Notes: a model not told the origin generated them from the letters alone. A DNA stretch of 64,000 bases from an uncultured candidate division Zixibacteria bacterium (GCA_963817915.1 CAWFQL010000012.1:224001-288000); one strand, 5' to 3'; positions 36,407 to 45,846 are shown, numbered from the stretch's first letter. Translations and numbers: made by a program.

Positions 36407-37804
36407 ATGGCTGATAGATTTAAAGTAGTTGTAATCGGCGCGGGGCCCGGCGGATACGTGGCGGCATTGAGAGCCGCACAATTGGGATTCAAGACCGCGA
36501 TAGTCGAAAAAGAGTATATCGGCGGTGTCTGTCTCAATTGGGGATGCATACCATCGAAAGCGCTTTTGTATGTAACAGAGCTCAAACGAACGATTGAGGC
36601 TTCGGAGCGGATCGGCCTCAAAGCCCAGAATGTCTCTATTGACCTCGACAAGCTCAAGAAGCATCGGGATGATACAATCAAACGGCTGACGGGCGGAGTC
36701 AAATTGCTTCTCGATAAGGCCGGAGTTAAAATCTTTATGGGGCAGGCGAATTTTGTCTCTGCCAATAGCCTCGAAATTACAGCCGGTGCGGAAAAGACTG
36801 TTATCGAAGCCGACAATTTTATTATAGCGACAGGCTCTTCGACCGGCGATCTGCCGATATTGCGTATCGATGGCAAATCGATTATCGGATCGAGAGAAGC
36901 TATCAGTCTATCGCGCATTCCGGCCAGTCTCGGGATAATCGGCGCAGGGCCGATCGGCATGGAGATGGGCACTGTCTATAAGACGCTCGGCTCCAATGTA
37001 ACAGTAATCGAGCTTTTGGATGCCGTGCTTCCGACACTCGATCCCGAAATGTCGGCCGCCGCCGAAAAAGCGTTTGTGAAGCAAGGCATGGAGATTCACA
37101 CGTCGGCGCAGGTGTTATCATCCAAGAAGAACGGCGACAAGATCGATCTCGAAGTCAAAACCAAAGAGGGCAACAAGACCATGTCATTCGATATGGTCCT
37201 GGTTGCTGTCGGCATGAAACCGAATTCTGCCAATCTCAATCTCGAAAAGGTCGGAGTCAAAACCGATTCGCGCGGATTTATTGCGGTCGATAAAACTATG
37301 CGAACCAATATCCCCAATATCTACGCTATCGGCGATGTCGCGGGCGGAATGCTCTTAGCGCATAAGGCATCGCATGAAGGTATTGTTGCCGCTGAAGCCA
37401 TCGGCGGATCGACTGCGGGCGCAGATTGGAAAGCGGTGCCGTACGCTGTCTTCACCGATCCCGAAATCGCCGGTATCGGTCTGACCGAAAAAGAAGCAAA
37501 GTCTCAGGGACGGAAAATCAAAATCGGCAGATTCCCCTACAGAGCAGTCGGCAAGGGTATCGCGACATTGGCGACAGAGGGCTTTAGTAAAATCATCTCC
37601 GATGCCGATACCGATGAGATATTGGGCGTGCATATATTCGGGCCGCATTCGGGCGATATCATTTTCGCGGGCACGGCCATAATGGAATTCGACGGCACGT
37701 CCGAGGACCTAGGGCATATCATGGGCATCCATCCGACTCTCTCGGAGGCGTTGATGGAAGCCGGCCTGAATGTCAACAAGAAGGCCATTCATATTATTAA
37801 TTAG
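36407..37804 (+). CDS. lpdA: Dihydrolipoyl dehydrogenase E3
   Basis: GAGPGGY, GGVCLNWGCIPSK, HPTLSE. Confidence 0.96.
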   Translation: MADRFKVVVIGAGPGGYVAALRAAQLGFKTAIVEKEYIGGVCLNWGCIPSKALLYVTELKRTIEASERIGLKAQNVSIDLDKLKKHRDDTIKRLTGGVKLLLDKAGVKIFMGQANFVSANSLEITAGAEKTVIEADNFIIATGSSTGDLPILRIDGKSIIGSREAISLSRIPASLGIIGAGPIGMEMGTVYKTLGSNVTVIELLDAVLPTLDPEMSAAAEKAFVKQGMEIHTSAQVLSSKKNGDKIDLEVKTKEGNKTMSFDMVLVAVGMKPNSANLNLEKVGVKTDSRGFIAVDKTMRTNIPNIYAIGDVAGGMLLAHKASHEGIVAAEAIGGSTAGADWKAVPYAVFTDPEIAGIGLTEKEAKSQGRKIKIGRFPYRAVGKGIATLATEGFSKIISDADTDEILGVHIFGPHSGDIIFAGTAIMEFDGTSEDLGHIMGIHPTLSEALMEAGLNVNKKAIHIIN

Positions 37805-37812
37805 CTACTATT

Positions 37813-37877
37813 GCGCTGTCAGGAACCCTTTCCTGACAGCTCACAAGTTGAGGGTCGGGAAGAGGTTCCCGACCCCG
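37813..37877 (+). repeat. REP-like hairpin doublet, copy A
   Basis: GCTGTCAGGAA..TTCCTGACAGC plus GGGTCGGGAA..TTCCCGACCC; 53/65 identical to 38574..38638. Confidence 0.85.
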
Positions 37878-37889
37878 CTTTCAGAGCTC

Positions 37890-37969
37890 GTCATTGCGAA
37901 TCCGCCGCAGGCGGATGAAGCAATCTGTGGGAGGCCTCCTTCAGATTGCTTCGCTTCGCTCGCAATGAC
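37890..37969. repeat. GTCATTGCGA...TCGCAATGAC palindromic element
   Basis: Outer inverted repeat GTCATTGCGA/TCGCAATGAC, inner GAAGCAATCTG/CAGATTGCTTC, nested ATCCGCC-GCA-GGCGGAT hairpin. Confidence 0.8.
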
Positions 37970-38006
37970 AAATAAAACAATTGGTCATTAATGGCGAGGA
38001 GGGAAT

Positions 38007-38552
38007 ATGGCGGTTAAGAAGAAAAATACCAAGTCGGTGAAAAGCAAAAGCCCGATAAATCAGATTAAAAAAGGCCTGGCGATAGCGATTCAGACCGAAG
38101 TCGAGGGGTATGAATTTTACAGACTCGCCTCGGTAAAAACCAAAGATGCCGGAGCCAAGAAGATGTTCGAATCATTGGCCAACGATGAGATCAATCATCA
38201 CAACATGCTCAGAGAAAATTTCGCCTATCTGGCCAACGAGATGAAATTCAAGCCGTTCAGGAAGCCAAGCCGTTCGAGGCTGTCATTCAAATCGCCGGTA
38301 TTCAGCAAATCGTTTCTATTGTCGCGCAGGCAGAAGAATTTCGAGATGTCGGCTCTATCGATTGGGATACTGCTTGAGCAAAATTCAATCGAATTCTACA
38401 AGGCCCAGCTTGAGATCGCCCCGGATAACGCCGCCAAGAGCTTTTTCAGAGATTTGATTACATGGGAAGGGGAGCATCTGCGCGCCCTCATCGCCCAAAA
38501 GCAATTCCTCCAACGCGAGATTTTCGCCCAGGCGAGGTTTGAGCCGTTTTAG
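38007..38552 (+). CDS. Ferritin-like (rubrerythrin family) protein
   Basis: Paired E..G..FY...E..H diiron motifs (DEINH, WEGEH). Confidence 0.85.
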   Translation: MAVKKKNTKSVKSKSPINQIKKGLAIAIQTEVEGYEFYRLASVKTKDAGAKKMFESLANDEINHHNMLRENFAYLANEMKFKPFRKPSRSRLSFKSPVFSKSFLLSRRQKNFEMSALSIGILLEQNSIEFYKAQLEIAPDNAAKSFFRDLITWEGEHLRALIAQKQFLQREIFAQARFEPF

Positions 38553-38573
38553 GGAATCGCTGGTGCTTTTACG

Positions 38574-38638
38574 GCGCTGTCAGGAATCCTTTCCTGCAAG
38601 CTCGCATGAATAGGGTCGGGAAAGAATTCCCGACCCCG
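38574..38638 (+). repeat. REP-like hairpin doublet, copy B
   Basis: Direct repeat of 37813..37877. Confidence 0.85.
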
Positions 38639-38666
38639 TAAAAAGGCCGACAGTTTTTTATTCCAA

Positions 38667-38717
38667 GTCGTCGGGTTTCTCGTCCGGCAGTTGCCGGACT
38701 CGGAACGCCGACCTACA
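38667..38717 (-). repeat. GTAG-type REP-like element with nested TCCGGCA/TGCCGGA hairpin
   Basis: Minus strand TGTAGGTCGGCGTTCC...ACCCGAC; related pieces near 45590-45630 and 52245-52330. Confidence 0.55.
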
Positions 38718-38878
38718 ATTGCTGACAGAAGATGCCCCTCCACTTTTTCTTTCATTATCCCAAAATACTGCTTGCTAAATGAGGTTATAATTCGATATTT
38801 TGGCGGCGATTAGAAAGACTTGCGGCTGATGACCACGAGCAACGTGAATACGTTGGATCGATTTGAAAGGAGAACTCC

Positions 38879-39067
38879 ATGAAGGCCGAAATAAACAGAG
38901 ACGAATGCACAGGCGATCAGATTTGCTGCGATCTTTGTCCGGAAGTATTCGAAATGGACGGAGACACCGCCAAGGTGATTGTTGACGAGATTCCAGGCGA
39001 ACTCGAAGACGCAGTCCACGAGGCTGTCGAAAGTTGCCCGGCTGAATGCATTAAGATTATCGACTGA
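38879..39067 (+). CDS. Single-cluster ferredoxin
   Basis: CTGDQICCDLCPEVF...SCPAECI; AAGGAG RBS. Confidence 0.92.
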   Translation: MKAEINRDECTGDQICCDLCPEVFEMDGDTAKVIVDEIPGELEDAVHEAVESCPAECIKIID

Positions 39068-39090
39068 TCATTAAATATCAGATGATATTG

Positions 39091-39121
39091 AAAAGCCCCG
39101 AAGCTATTTCGGGGCTTTTTT
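39091..39121 (+). terminator. Rho-independent terminator
   Basis: AAAAGCCCCGAA-GCTAT-TTCGGGGCTTTTTT. Confidence 0.9.
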
Positions 39122-39245
39122 CTATCTAAAATCATGCCTTTTACGGAATAATGCTCACTCAAAGTGAAACCACTTGACCTGTTCTATCGTTACAGTATAA
39201 TGACAGCCATTGTCAGGATCGATATGGCGAGATAGATGGAGTTAG

Positions 39246-39956
39246 ATGAAAATGAACGATAGCGAATATAAAAGACTCTACAAAATAGATTTGGGGCGAA
39301 CCCGTTATCGCGATACCTGGGAATTGCAGAGGCGGCTGGTCGGGCTTCGTTTCGAAGGCAAAATACCCGATTGCCTGGTTCTAACCGAGCACGAGCCTGT
39401 GATTACGATGGGTCGGGCAACCTCGAAAGCGAATCTTCTGGTATCGCCGGGGGAACTGGAAAAGCGCGGCATCGATCTTTTCGAGGTCGAACGGGGCGGC
39501 GATATCACATTCCATGGTCCCGGACAACTGGTAGCCTATCCGATAATCGATCTAAATGATAGAGGCCGGGACCTGCATCGTTATCTGCGCGACCTGGAGC
39601 AAACGATTATCGCAACACTTGGTCATATCGGGCTTGAAGCGGGGCTGAAGGCTGGTTTAACCGGAGTCTGGGTGAATGATCAAAAAGTAGCGGCTATTGG
39701 AGTGGCTGTATCGAAATGGGTCACATATCATGGATTGGCGTTGAATGTAGCTACCGATCTGGATTATTTCAAATTGATAAATCCCTGTGGCATTACTCAA
39801 TATAAAGTCGGTTCGATATCGTCATTGACCGGCCATAATTACAATGTCAGCGAAATCAGCAGCGTCTTGGCCGATACATTCGCGAAAATGTTTGAATACG
39901 AAATGGAAACAATCGAGGACGTCGGCGCGATTATAAACGAAAGCGCGACGGCGTAA
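39246..39956 (+). CDS. lipB: Octanoyltransferase LipB
   Basis: EHEPVIT.G, RGGDITFHGPGQLV, KVAAIG, HGLALN, INPCG. Confidence 0.95.
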   Translation: MKMNDSEYKRLYKIDLGRTRYRDTWELQRRLVGLRFEGKIPDCLVLTEHEPVITMGRATSKANLLVSPGELEKRGIDLFEVERGGDITFHGPGQLVAYPIIDLNDRGRDLHRYLRDLEQTIIATLGHIGLEAGLKAGLTGVWVNDQKVAAIGVAVSKWVTYHGLALNVATDLDYFKLINPCGITQYKVGSISSLTGHNYNVSEISSVLADTFAKMFEYEMETIEDVGAIINESATA

Positions 39957-39959
39957 AAT

Positions 39960-40283
39960 ATGGGAAATCTAATTGAATTTATAAAAGTCGCCAGAACCAG
40001 CGATGTGGATGAGCACGGCTGGATCAAGGTCAATCTGCTGGGACGAGAAGTTGTTATCTTCCAGCATGCCAATTCATATTCGGCAATCGAGCTCAGCCGC
40101 AACGGCGAACCGTTGATGCAATATTCGATGTTCGATAAAAACGATCTATCGAATACCAAGGTCAAAGATATAATTAAGGGTCTGATGGAAGGGCCGTCCG
40201 GCGAAAAATGGGGCAAACTACGCGACCATCCGGTTAGAGTCGAAGGCGATTATCTTTATTTGGGAATCGAAACACCTGATTAA
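39960..40283 (+). CDS. Cysteine-less Rieske/NirD-like small protein
   Basis: N-terminal FIKVARTSDV...GREVVIF..YSAI and C-terminal LRDHPVRVEGD.LYL match Rieske-ferredoxin flanks; no Cys. Confidence 0.55.
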   Translation: MGNLIEFIKVARTSDVDEHGWIKVNLLGREVVIFQHANSYSAIELSRNGEPLMQYSMFDKNDLSNTKVKDIIKGLMEGPSGEKWGKLRDHPVRVEGDYLYLGIETPD

Positions 40284-40295
40284 TAGAAGGTAGTT

Positions 40296-40922
40296 ATGGA
40301 AATAATCAACACCAAAATCAATGATTATGTTCAGAAGGTCATGCCTGCCCGCGACGCTCAGCAAAAGGAGATGGAGAAATACGCCAGTCGCAATGGCTTT
40401 CCCATTATCGGCCCATGGGCGGGATCATTTCTGCGGCAGATGGCATATGCGATAAACGCTCAAAAGGTATTCGAGATGGGCTCGGGTTATGGTTATTCGG
40501 CATATTGGTTTGCCGGCGGGATGAGAAACGGCGGCAGGATTATCTGCACCGACGGCGACGAAAATAACAAAGCCAAAGCGATGGATTTTCTCAAACGTGG
40601 CGGATTCGATGCTATGGTCGATTTCAAAGTCGGCAACGCGCTTGATATTATCAAAGGCTACGATGGGCCATTTGATATAATTCTCAATGATATCAATAAG
40701 GAATCTTATCCCGAGGCGTTCGATCTGGCTATCGCTCGCTTGAGGCAGGGCGGCCTTTTTATCACCGATAATGTGCTTTGGTCAGGCAGAATTCTCGCTG
40801 CCAAGAAGACTAAGGAATCATTGGCGATATTGGAATTCAATCGGAAGCTTTTCGGAAGTCCGGGTTTGATATCATCGATTGTGCCTATACGTGACGGTTT
40901 GGGAATGGCAGTAAAGCTTTAG
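40296..40922 (+). CDS. SAM-dependent O-methyltransferase
   Basis: EMGSGYGYS, FDIILND.NK..YP, GGLFITDNVLWSG. Confidence 0.9.
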   Translation: MEIINTKINDYVQKVMPARDAQQKEMEKYASRNGFPIIGPWAGSFLRQMAYAINAQKVFEMGSGYGYSAYWFAGGMRNGGRIICTDGDENNKAKAMDFLKRGGFDAMVDFKVGNALDIIKGYDGPFDIILNDINKESYPEAFDLAIARLRQGGLFITDNVLWSGRILAAKKTKESLAILEFNRKLFGSPGLISSIVPIRDGLGMAVKL

Positions 40923-40938
40923 ATTAATAAACAATGTG

Positions 40939-42885
40939 ATGAAAAATAAATTTCTCGCTCTCTCTATTTTTGTCTTCTTTATGATTTATTCAGATTATTC
41001 TTACGCCAAAGAAAAAGCGCCTGAATTTCCAACTGATCTAACCTGGCTTAATTCGCAGCCATTGACATTAAAAGATCTTAAGGGCAAAGTCGTCCTGCTT
41101 GATTTCTGGACTTATTGCTGTATCAACTGCATGCATATTATCCCCGATCTCAAAAAGCTCGAGGCCAAATACCCCAATGAATTGATAGTCATCGGAGTTC
41201 ACTCGGCAAAATTTCAAAACGAAAAAGACACCGATAATATTCGCAACGCCATTCTCCGCTATGGCATCACGCATCCGGTGATCAATGATAATAAATTCAA
41301 GGTCTGGAGCGATTACGGAGTCAACGCCTGGCCGACATTGGCATTGATAGACCCCGAAGGCAATCTGGTCGATGAGGTTTCCGGCGAAGGGGTATATGAT
41401 AATTTCGATCCTGTCATCGGGCCGATGATCAAGCAATTCGATTCGAAAGGCTTAATCAACCGCGAAGCGATAAAGCTTTCTCTGGAAAAGGATAAAATGC
41501 GGTATGACATGTTTTCATTTCCGGGGAAGATCGCCGGCGATGAAAAATCGGGAAGGTTATTTTTCACAGATTCGGATCATAACTTCATAATCGAGTCAAA
41601 GATTGATGGCTATCTGATTCAAGACATAGGCCAGGGCGAAATCGGATTGAGAGACGGGAATCTTAGAACCGCCCAATTTTCCCATCCTCAAGGGCTTTAT
41701 TATGACAGCACTGCAAATATCATCTATGTCGCCGACACTGAAAATCACGCGATCCGCAAAATCGATCTTAATAACAATTCTGTCGAGACATTGGCCGGAA
41801 ATGGTCATCAAGCCGGATTCGGAGCCGATGGTGGTATCGGCAAGCAAGCCGAACTTAATAGCCCGTGGGACCTGACTTTAATCGACGGTAAGCTTTATAT
41901 CGCCATGGCAGGGTCCCATCAAATCTGGACGCTCGATGTGAAGACATTAGAAGCAAAAGTGTTTGCGGGCTCAGGGAGAGAAGATATTATCGATGGCCCG
42001 TTGTTGTCGGCGGCATTGGCTCAACCGAGCGGGATCACAACTGACGGGAAGAAGCTGTATTTTGTCGACAGCGAAGCCAGCGCGGTTCGCATGGCTGATC
42101 TAAATACAAATGGCAAAGTGGAGACCATCATTGGCAAAGGCTTATTCGAATTCGGTGATATCGATGGTAAGTACCCCGACGCGCGGCTCCAGCACCCGAT
42201 AGGAATTACCTATCACGATGGTTTTCTCTATATCGCCGATACCTACAATCATAAAATCCGCAAGGTAAATCCAGCCACGAAAGAAATCACGACTGTTATC
42301 GGCTTGGGACATTCTGGAAATATCGATGGTAATATTATGCAGGCGACCTTGAATGAACCGAATGGATTAGTCTTTATCGGCGAGAAAATGTACATCACCG
42401 ATACCAACAATAACCTGATTCGCATATTCGATCCCAAAATCGGAATTCTTTCAACTTTGTATTTTAGGGTGCGAGATAAAACTTCATCAAAAACCGAAGA
42501 TGAGTTTCGAGGAGCGATTGTAAATCTGCCGGAAATCACTATTTCACCCATAGCAAAGAACCTGACCTTGAATATTTCATTGCCGCCGAGATCTAAATTT
42601 GAAGACGAGGCGCCATTCGATGTTAAAATTAAATCCAACTCGACTAAGATTATCTCCATCGGTCAAAGCGATGCCAGGAAAGCATCCGGCACAATTGTAT
42701 TTCCTATTAAAAAACTGACCAAAGGGAAGGCCGTCGTAACTGTCGACTTGAATCTATATTATTGCAGTTCGGGAAATAAATCATTATGCTTTCTGAAGGA
42801 AGCTCGGTTGGTGATTCCGGTTAATGTAGCTAAAGGCGGTAAGGAGAAATTCGCCATCAACTACTCGGTTGAAGAACGCGATTAA
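40939..42885 (+). CDS. Exported thioredoxin-like + NHL-repeat protein (NHLRC2/SOQ1-like)
   Basis: Signal peptide, DFWTYCCINCMH, GVHSAKF, multiple IYVADT.NH.IR NHL repeats. Confidence 0.88.
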   Translation: MKNKFLALSIFVFFMIYSDYSYAKEKAPEFPTDLTWLNSQPLTLKDLKGKVVLLDFWTYCCINCMHIIPDLKKLEAKYPNELIVIGVHSAKFQNEKDTDNIRNAILRYGITHPVINDNKFKVWSDYGVNAWPTLALIDPEGNLVDEVSGEGVYDNFDPVIGPMIKQFDSKGLINREAIKLSLEKDKMRYDMFSFPGKIAGDEKSGRLFFTDSDHNFIIESKIDGYLIQDIGQGEIGLRDGNLRTAQFSHPQGLYYDSTANIIYVADTENHAIRKIDLNNNSVETLAGNGHQAGFGADGGIGKQAELNSPWDLTLIDGKLYIAMAGSHQIWTLDVKTLEAKVFAGSGREDIIDGPLLSAALAQPSGITTDGKKLYFVDSEASAVRMADLNTNGKVETIIGKGLFEFGDIDGKYPDARLQHPIGITYHDGFLYIADTYNHKIRKVNPATKEITTVIGLGHSGNIDGNIMQATLNEPNGLVFIGEKMYITDTNNNLIRIFDPKIGILSTLYFRVRDKTSSKTEDEFRGAIVNLPEITISPIAKNLTLNISLPPRSKFEDEAPFDVKIKSNSTKIISIGQSDARKASGTIVFPIKKLTKGKAVVTVDLNLYYCSSGNKSLCFLKEARLVIPVNVAKGGKEKFAINYSVEERD

Positions 42886-42923
42886 TGTTGAATAATTCAA
42901 TATTGATATATTATGTTTGACCA

Positions 42924-43883
42924 ATGGAAAATAATATAAAAACCGCAATAATTGAAAAAGCGTTTGAGCTTGGATTTTCCGCGATTGGGGTTACATCGGC
43001 GGAGTATGATCCGGTCGGCCATAATCAATTCGAGCAATGGCTTTCCAAAGGTTATCATTCCGAGATGGAATATCTTGAAAACGATACCCGAAGAAGATTC
43101 GATCCGACATTGCATCTGGCCGATGCGAAATCGGTTATAGCCTGTGCTGTGAATTATTATAGCGAGCCGTTGAATGACCCCCAAAAAGGGTATGTATCAT
43201 TGTATGCGCGTGGCGATGATTACCACATTCTGCTTAAAGATATGCTCAATGCCCTTTGTGAATCTATAAAGGAACTCGTTCCGGATTTCCACTTCAAGGT
43301 CATGGTTGATTCATCGCGCGTTTCTGAAAGAACATTCGCAATTAAGGCCGGGCTTGGTTTTCAGGGCAAAAACGGGTTGATGATTTTTCGACCTTCTCGC
43401 AAGAGCGATGGAAACAGGGCCAGGGGCAGTTTTCATTTCTTAGGCATAATTGTAACAAATCTAGTACTTGATTTCGATGAACCGGTAAAAGGCGATTGCG
43501 GGAAATGTCACAAATGTATCGATGCTTGTCCAACACATGCGATAGTCTCGGATCATAATGTCGACGTCAATAAATGTATATCTTATCATACTCTTGAGAA
43601 TGAAAAAGTTATACCGGCTGATATATCATCTAAGATGGGTAACATTATTTATGGCTGCGATATTTGCCAGTTGGCCTGCCCGTTCAATTCAGGGATTCCG
43701 TGCACTACAAATCCACGTTTAACGCCCAGGGCTGATCTCTTGAATCTGGATATGAAGACATTATTAGAGATGACCCAATGCGATGTGAAGCAAAAGTTCA
43801 AGGGCAGCAACATAAGCGAAATTAGCAACGAAATGTTCAGAAGAAACATCAGCGTTGCCTGCAAGAACATCACCAGTATTTGA
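42924..43883 (+). CDS. queG: Epoxyqueuosine reductase
   Basis: YARGDDYH, AGLGFQGKN, CGKCHKCIDACPT, YGCDICQLACPFN. Confidence 0.93.
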   Translation: MENNIKTAIIEKAFELGFSAIGVTSAEYDPVGHNQFEQWLSKGYHSEMEYLENDTRRRFDPTLHLADAKSVIACAVNYYSEPLNDPQKGYVSLYARGDDYHILLKDMLNALCESIKELVPDFHFKVMVDSSRVSERTFAIKAGLGFQGKNGLMIFRPSRKSDGNRARGSFHFLGIIVTNLVLDFDEPVKGDCGKCHKCIDACPTHAIVSDHNVDVNKCISYHTLENEKVIPADISSKMGNIIYGCDICQLACPFNSGIPCTTNPRLTPRADLLNLDMKTLLEMTQCDVKQKFKGSNISEISNEMFRRNISVACKNITSI

Positions 43884-43963
43884 ATTAACGCCTTACTTAA
43901 CAAGGCCTTATAAGATTGTGGACAAAAAGTAGAATTATTTTTAATTTTTGGGAACGTTTTGAC

Positions 43964-44022
43964 TTGACCTGGAGTATTATGATTTGTAATATGAAGATAA
44001 GTGGACTGATTAACTCCACTAA
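43964..44022 (+). promoter_or_regulatory. Promoter and candidate Rrf2 operator
   Basis: TTGACC-17 bp-TAATAT then 25-bp dyad TAAGTGGAC-TGATTAA-CTCCACTAA (43998..44022). Confidence 0.6.
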
Positions 44023-44037
44023 TTAAGGAGAAAAATT

Positions 44038-44511
44038 ATGCAAATATCAAGGAAATCCGATTACGCGCTCAGAGCAATGGTTTACATCGCGGCCTGGGAA
44101 GACGATAAAATTTGTTCTATCAATGAGATCTCGGACGCTGAAAAGGTGCCGCGCGAATACCTCGCCAAGATCCTGAAAGAATTATCGCTCCAGGGATTCC
44201 TCACAAGCTACAAGGGTATCAATGGCGGTTATCGGATGGCCAGACAGAGAGACAAGGTAACCTTCCTTTCGATCATCGAGGCCATGCAGGGGAAGATCGC
44301 GGTCAATGATTGCATCAGACATTCGAACGAGCAGCAGGAATGCACTCGTAAGGGCGGATGCGCCATGCACAGCTTCTGGAAGGGCGAACAGGAAAGAGTC
44401 ACGAAGTCATTGGGCTCGGTAAGTTTGGCATCGCTTGACTACGATACATTCTACCCGTTTGCCCGCAGGAAAAACAAAAAGCAGCAACCGGCAGTAGCCA
44501 AGACTGCGTAG
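44038..44511 (+). CDS. Rrf2 family transcriptional regulator (three Cys + His)
   Basis: DYALRAM, YLAKIL, G..GGY, C-x8-C-x5-C-x2-H. Confidence 0.93.
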   Translation: MQISRKSDYALRAMVYIAAWEDDKICSINEISDAEKVPREYLAKILKELSLQGFLTSYKGINGGYRMARQRDKVTFLSIIEAMQGKIAVNDCIRHSNEQQECTRKGGCAMHSFWKGEQERVTKSLGSVSLASLDYDTFYPFARRKNKKQQPAVAKTA

Positions 44512-44557
44512 TTTTGCTATTGACTTAGATAATAATAAGCTTTAGTTCTTTCTTGTC

Positions 44558-45571
44558 ATGAGTGAGAGCAGGAAAGTTAAGGCTATTTCTTTATATTCCG
44601 GTGGCCTTGATTCGACATTGTCTGTTTTGCAGATGATGAAATACGGTGTCGAAGTCGAGGCCATTACGTTTATGACCCATTTCGGATGCGATGCCACCGA
44701 TTCGTCGTCGTGCGGGTCCAATCCCTATCCCGCCGCCAATAAATTCGGCTTCAAGGTCAAATTATCCCATCTTGGAGAAAAATTCATAGAGATAGTCAAG
44801 AATCCCCGTCACGGGCACGGGAAAAATATGAATCCCTGCATCGATTGTCGGCTTTTGATGATCCAAGAAGCCAAGAGCTATCTCGAAATGGTCAATGCCG
44901 ATTTCATAATCACGGGCGAAGTATTGGGGCAGAGACCGATGTCGCAACGCCGTTTCGCGCTCGATTTAGTTGCCAGGGAATGCGGGCTCGAGGGCAGGCT
45001 GGTCAGGCCGCTTTCGGGACGGCTGCTTCCGCAGACATTGCCAGAAAAAGAAGGGCTTATCCAACGAGACTGGCTGCTCGATATCGAGGGGCGTACCCGT
45101 AAACGCCAGATGGCGCTGGCGAAGGAATTCGGGCTGACCGAATATCCCAACCCCGCGGGTGGATGCCTGCTGACAGACCGAAATTACTCCGACCGGCTCA
45201 GGGATTTATTGAAATATAAATCAGATGTAACATTTGACGATCTCAATCTGCTTCGAGTCGGACGGCATTTCCGGCTGGGGGCGAATGCCAAGTTAGTGAT
45301 CGGACATGACGATGCCGAAAATCAGGCGATACGTTCGTTGGCCAAAGAGAATGATGTTATATTGGAGGCCGCGGATTTCCCATCGCCGACCGGCCTGCTG
45401 CGCGGACAGATCGATGACAATCTGATTGCGGCCGCCGCGTCTATCGTGGCTCGCTATAGCGATGGCAGACGCCAATCCGGCCTGCGTATCGAGATCACCC
45501 CGTCAACAGAGCCCAAATTCGTAATCGTAAATCCGATCGACGAACCGGCGCTGGTGGCGTGTAGATTGTAA
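44558..45571 (+). CDS. PP-loop tRNA-thiolation-like protein (ThiI/MnmA-like)
   Basis: SGGLDS, NPCIDCR, GEVLGQRPMSQ, PAGGCLLTD, GRHFR. Confidence 0.75.
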   Translation: MSESRKVKAISLYSGGLDSTLSVLQMMKYGVEVEAITFMTHFGCDATDSSSCGSNPYPAANKFGFKVKLSHLGEKFIEIVKNPRHGHGKNMNPCIDCRLLMIQEAKSYLEMVNADFIITGEVLGQRPMSQRRFALDLVARECGLEGRLVRPLSGRLLPQTLPEKEGLIQRDWLLDIEGRTRKRQMALAKEFGLTEYPNPAGGCLLTDRNYSDRLRDLLKYKSDVTFDDLNLLRVGRHFRLGANAKLVIGHDDAENQAIRSLAKENDVILEAADFPSPTGLLRGQIDDNLIAAAASIVARYSDGRRQSGLRIEITPSTEPKFVIVNPIDEPALVACRL

Positions 45572-45846
45572 CAATATTTGCGTGTGTGTCGGATCGCCTG
45601 ACCCGACGATAACCCGCTATAGGTCGGCGTGCCCTTAGGGCGGTATTTGTTTTATCCCAGACTATTCAGCTCAACTTGTGGTTATTATGCGTTTGCATAT
45701 AGGAGACATCCGAGTCCGAGACATAAATTGTAGCTATTTCAAGGAGGCCTTCTTAATTTTATCACTTGCGCTGTGTTGTTGATTTTATTTATTTTCCAAT
45801 AATGATTGATTTCGTGTTAATTAAAATAGAGTGAAAGGAACTGCCA

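Noticed and set aside
38800..38870. CTGATGA-containing leader as a hammerhead ribozyme or fluoride riboswitch
   Set aside because: The stems and pseudoknot pairing required around the motif could not be formed
45572..45846. Vitamin riboswitch upstream of the ECF S component
   Set aside because: No TPP, FMN, cobalamin, THF or preQ1 signature recognised; the region holds degraded REP-like pieces
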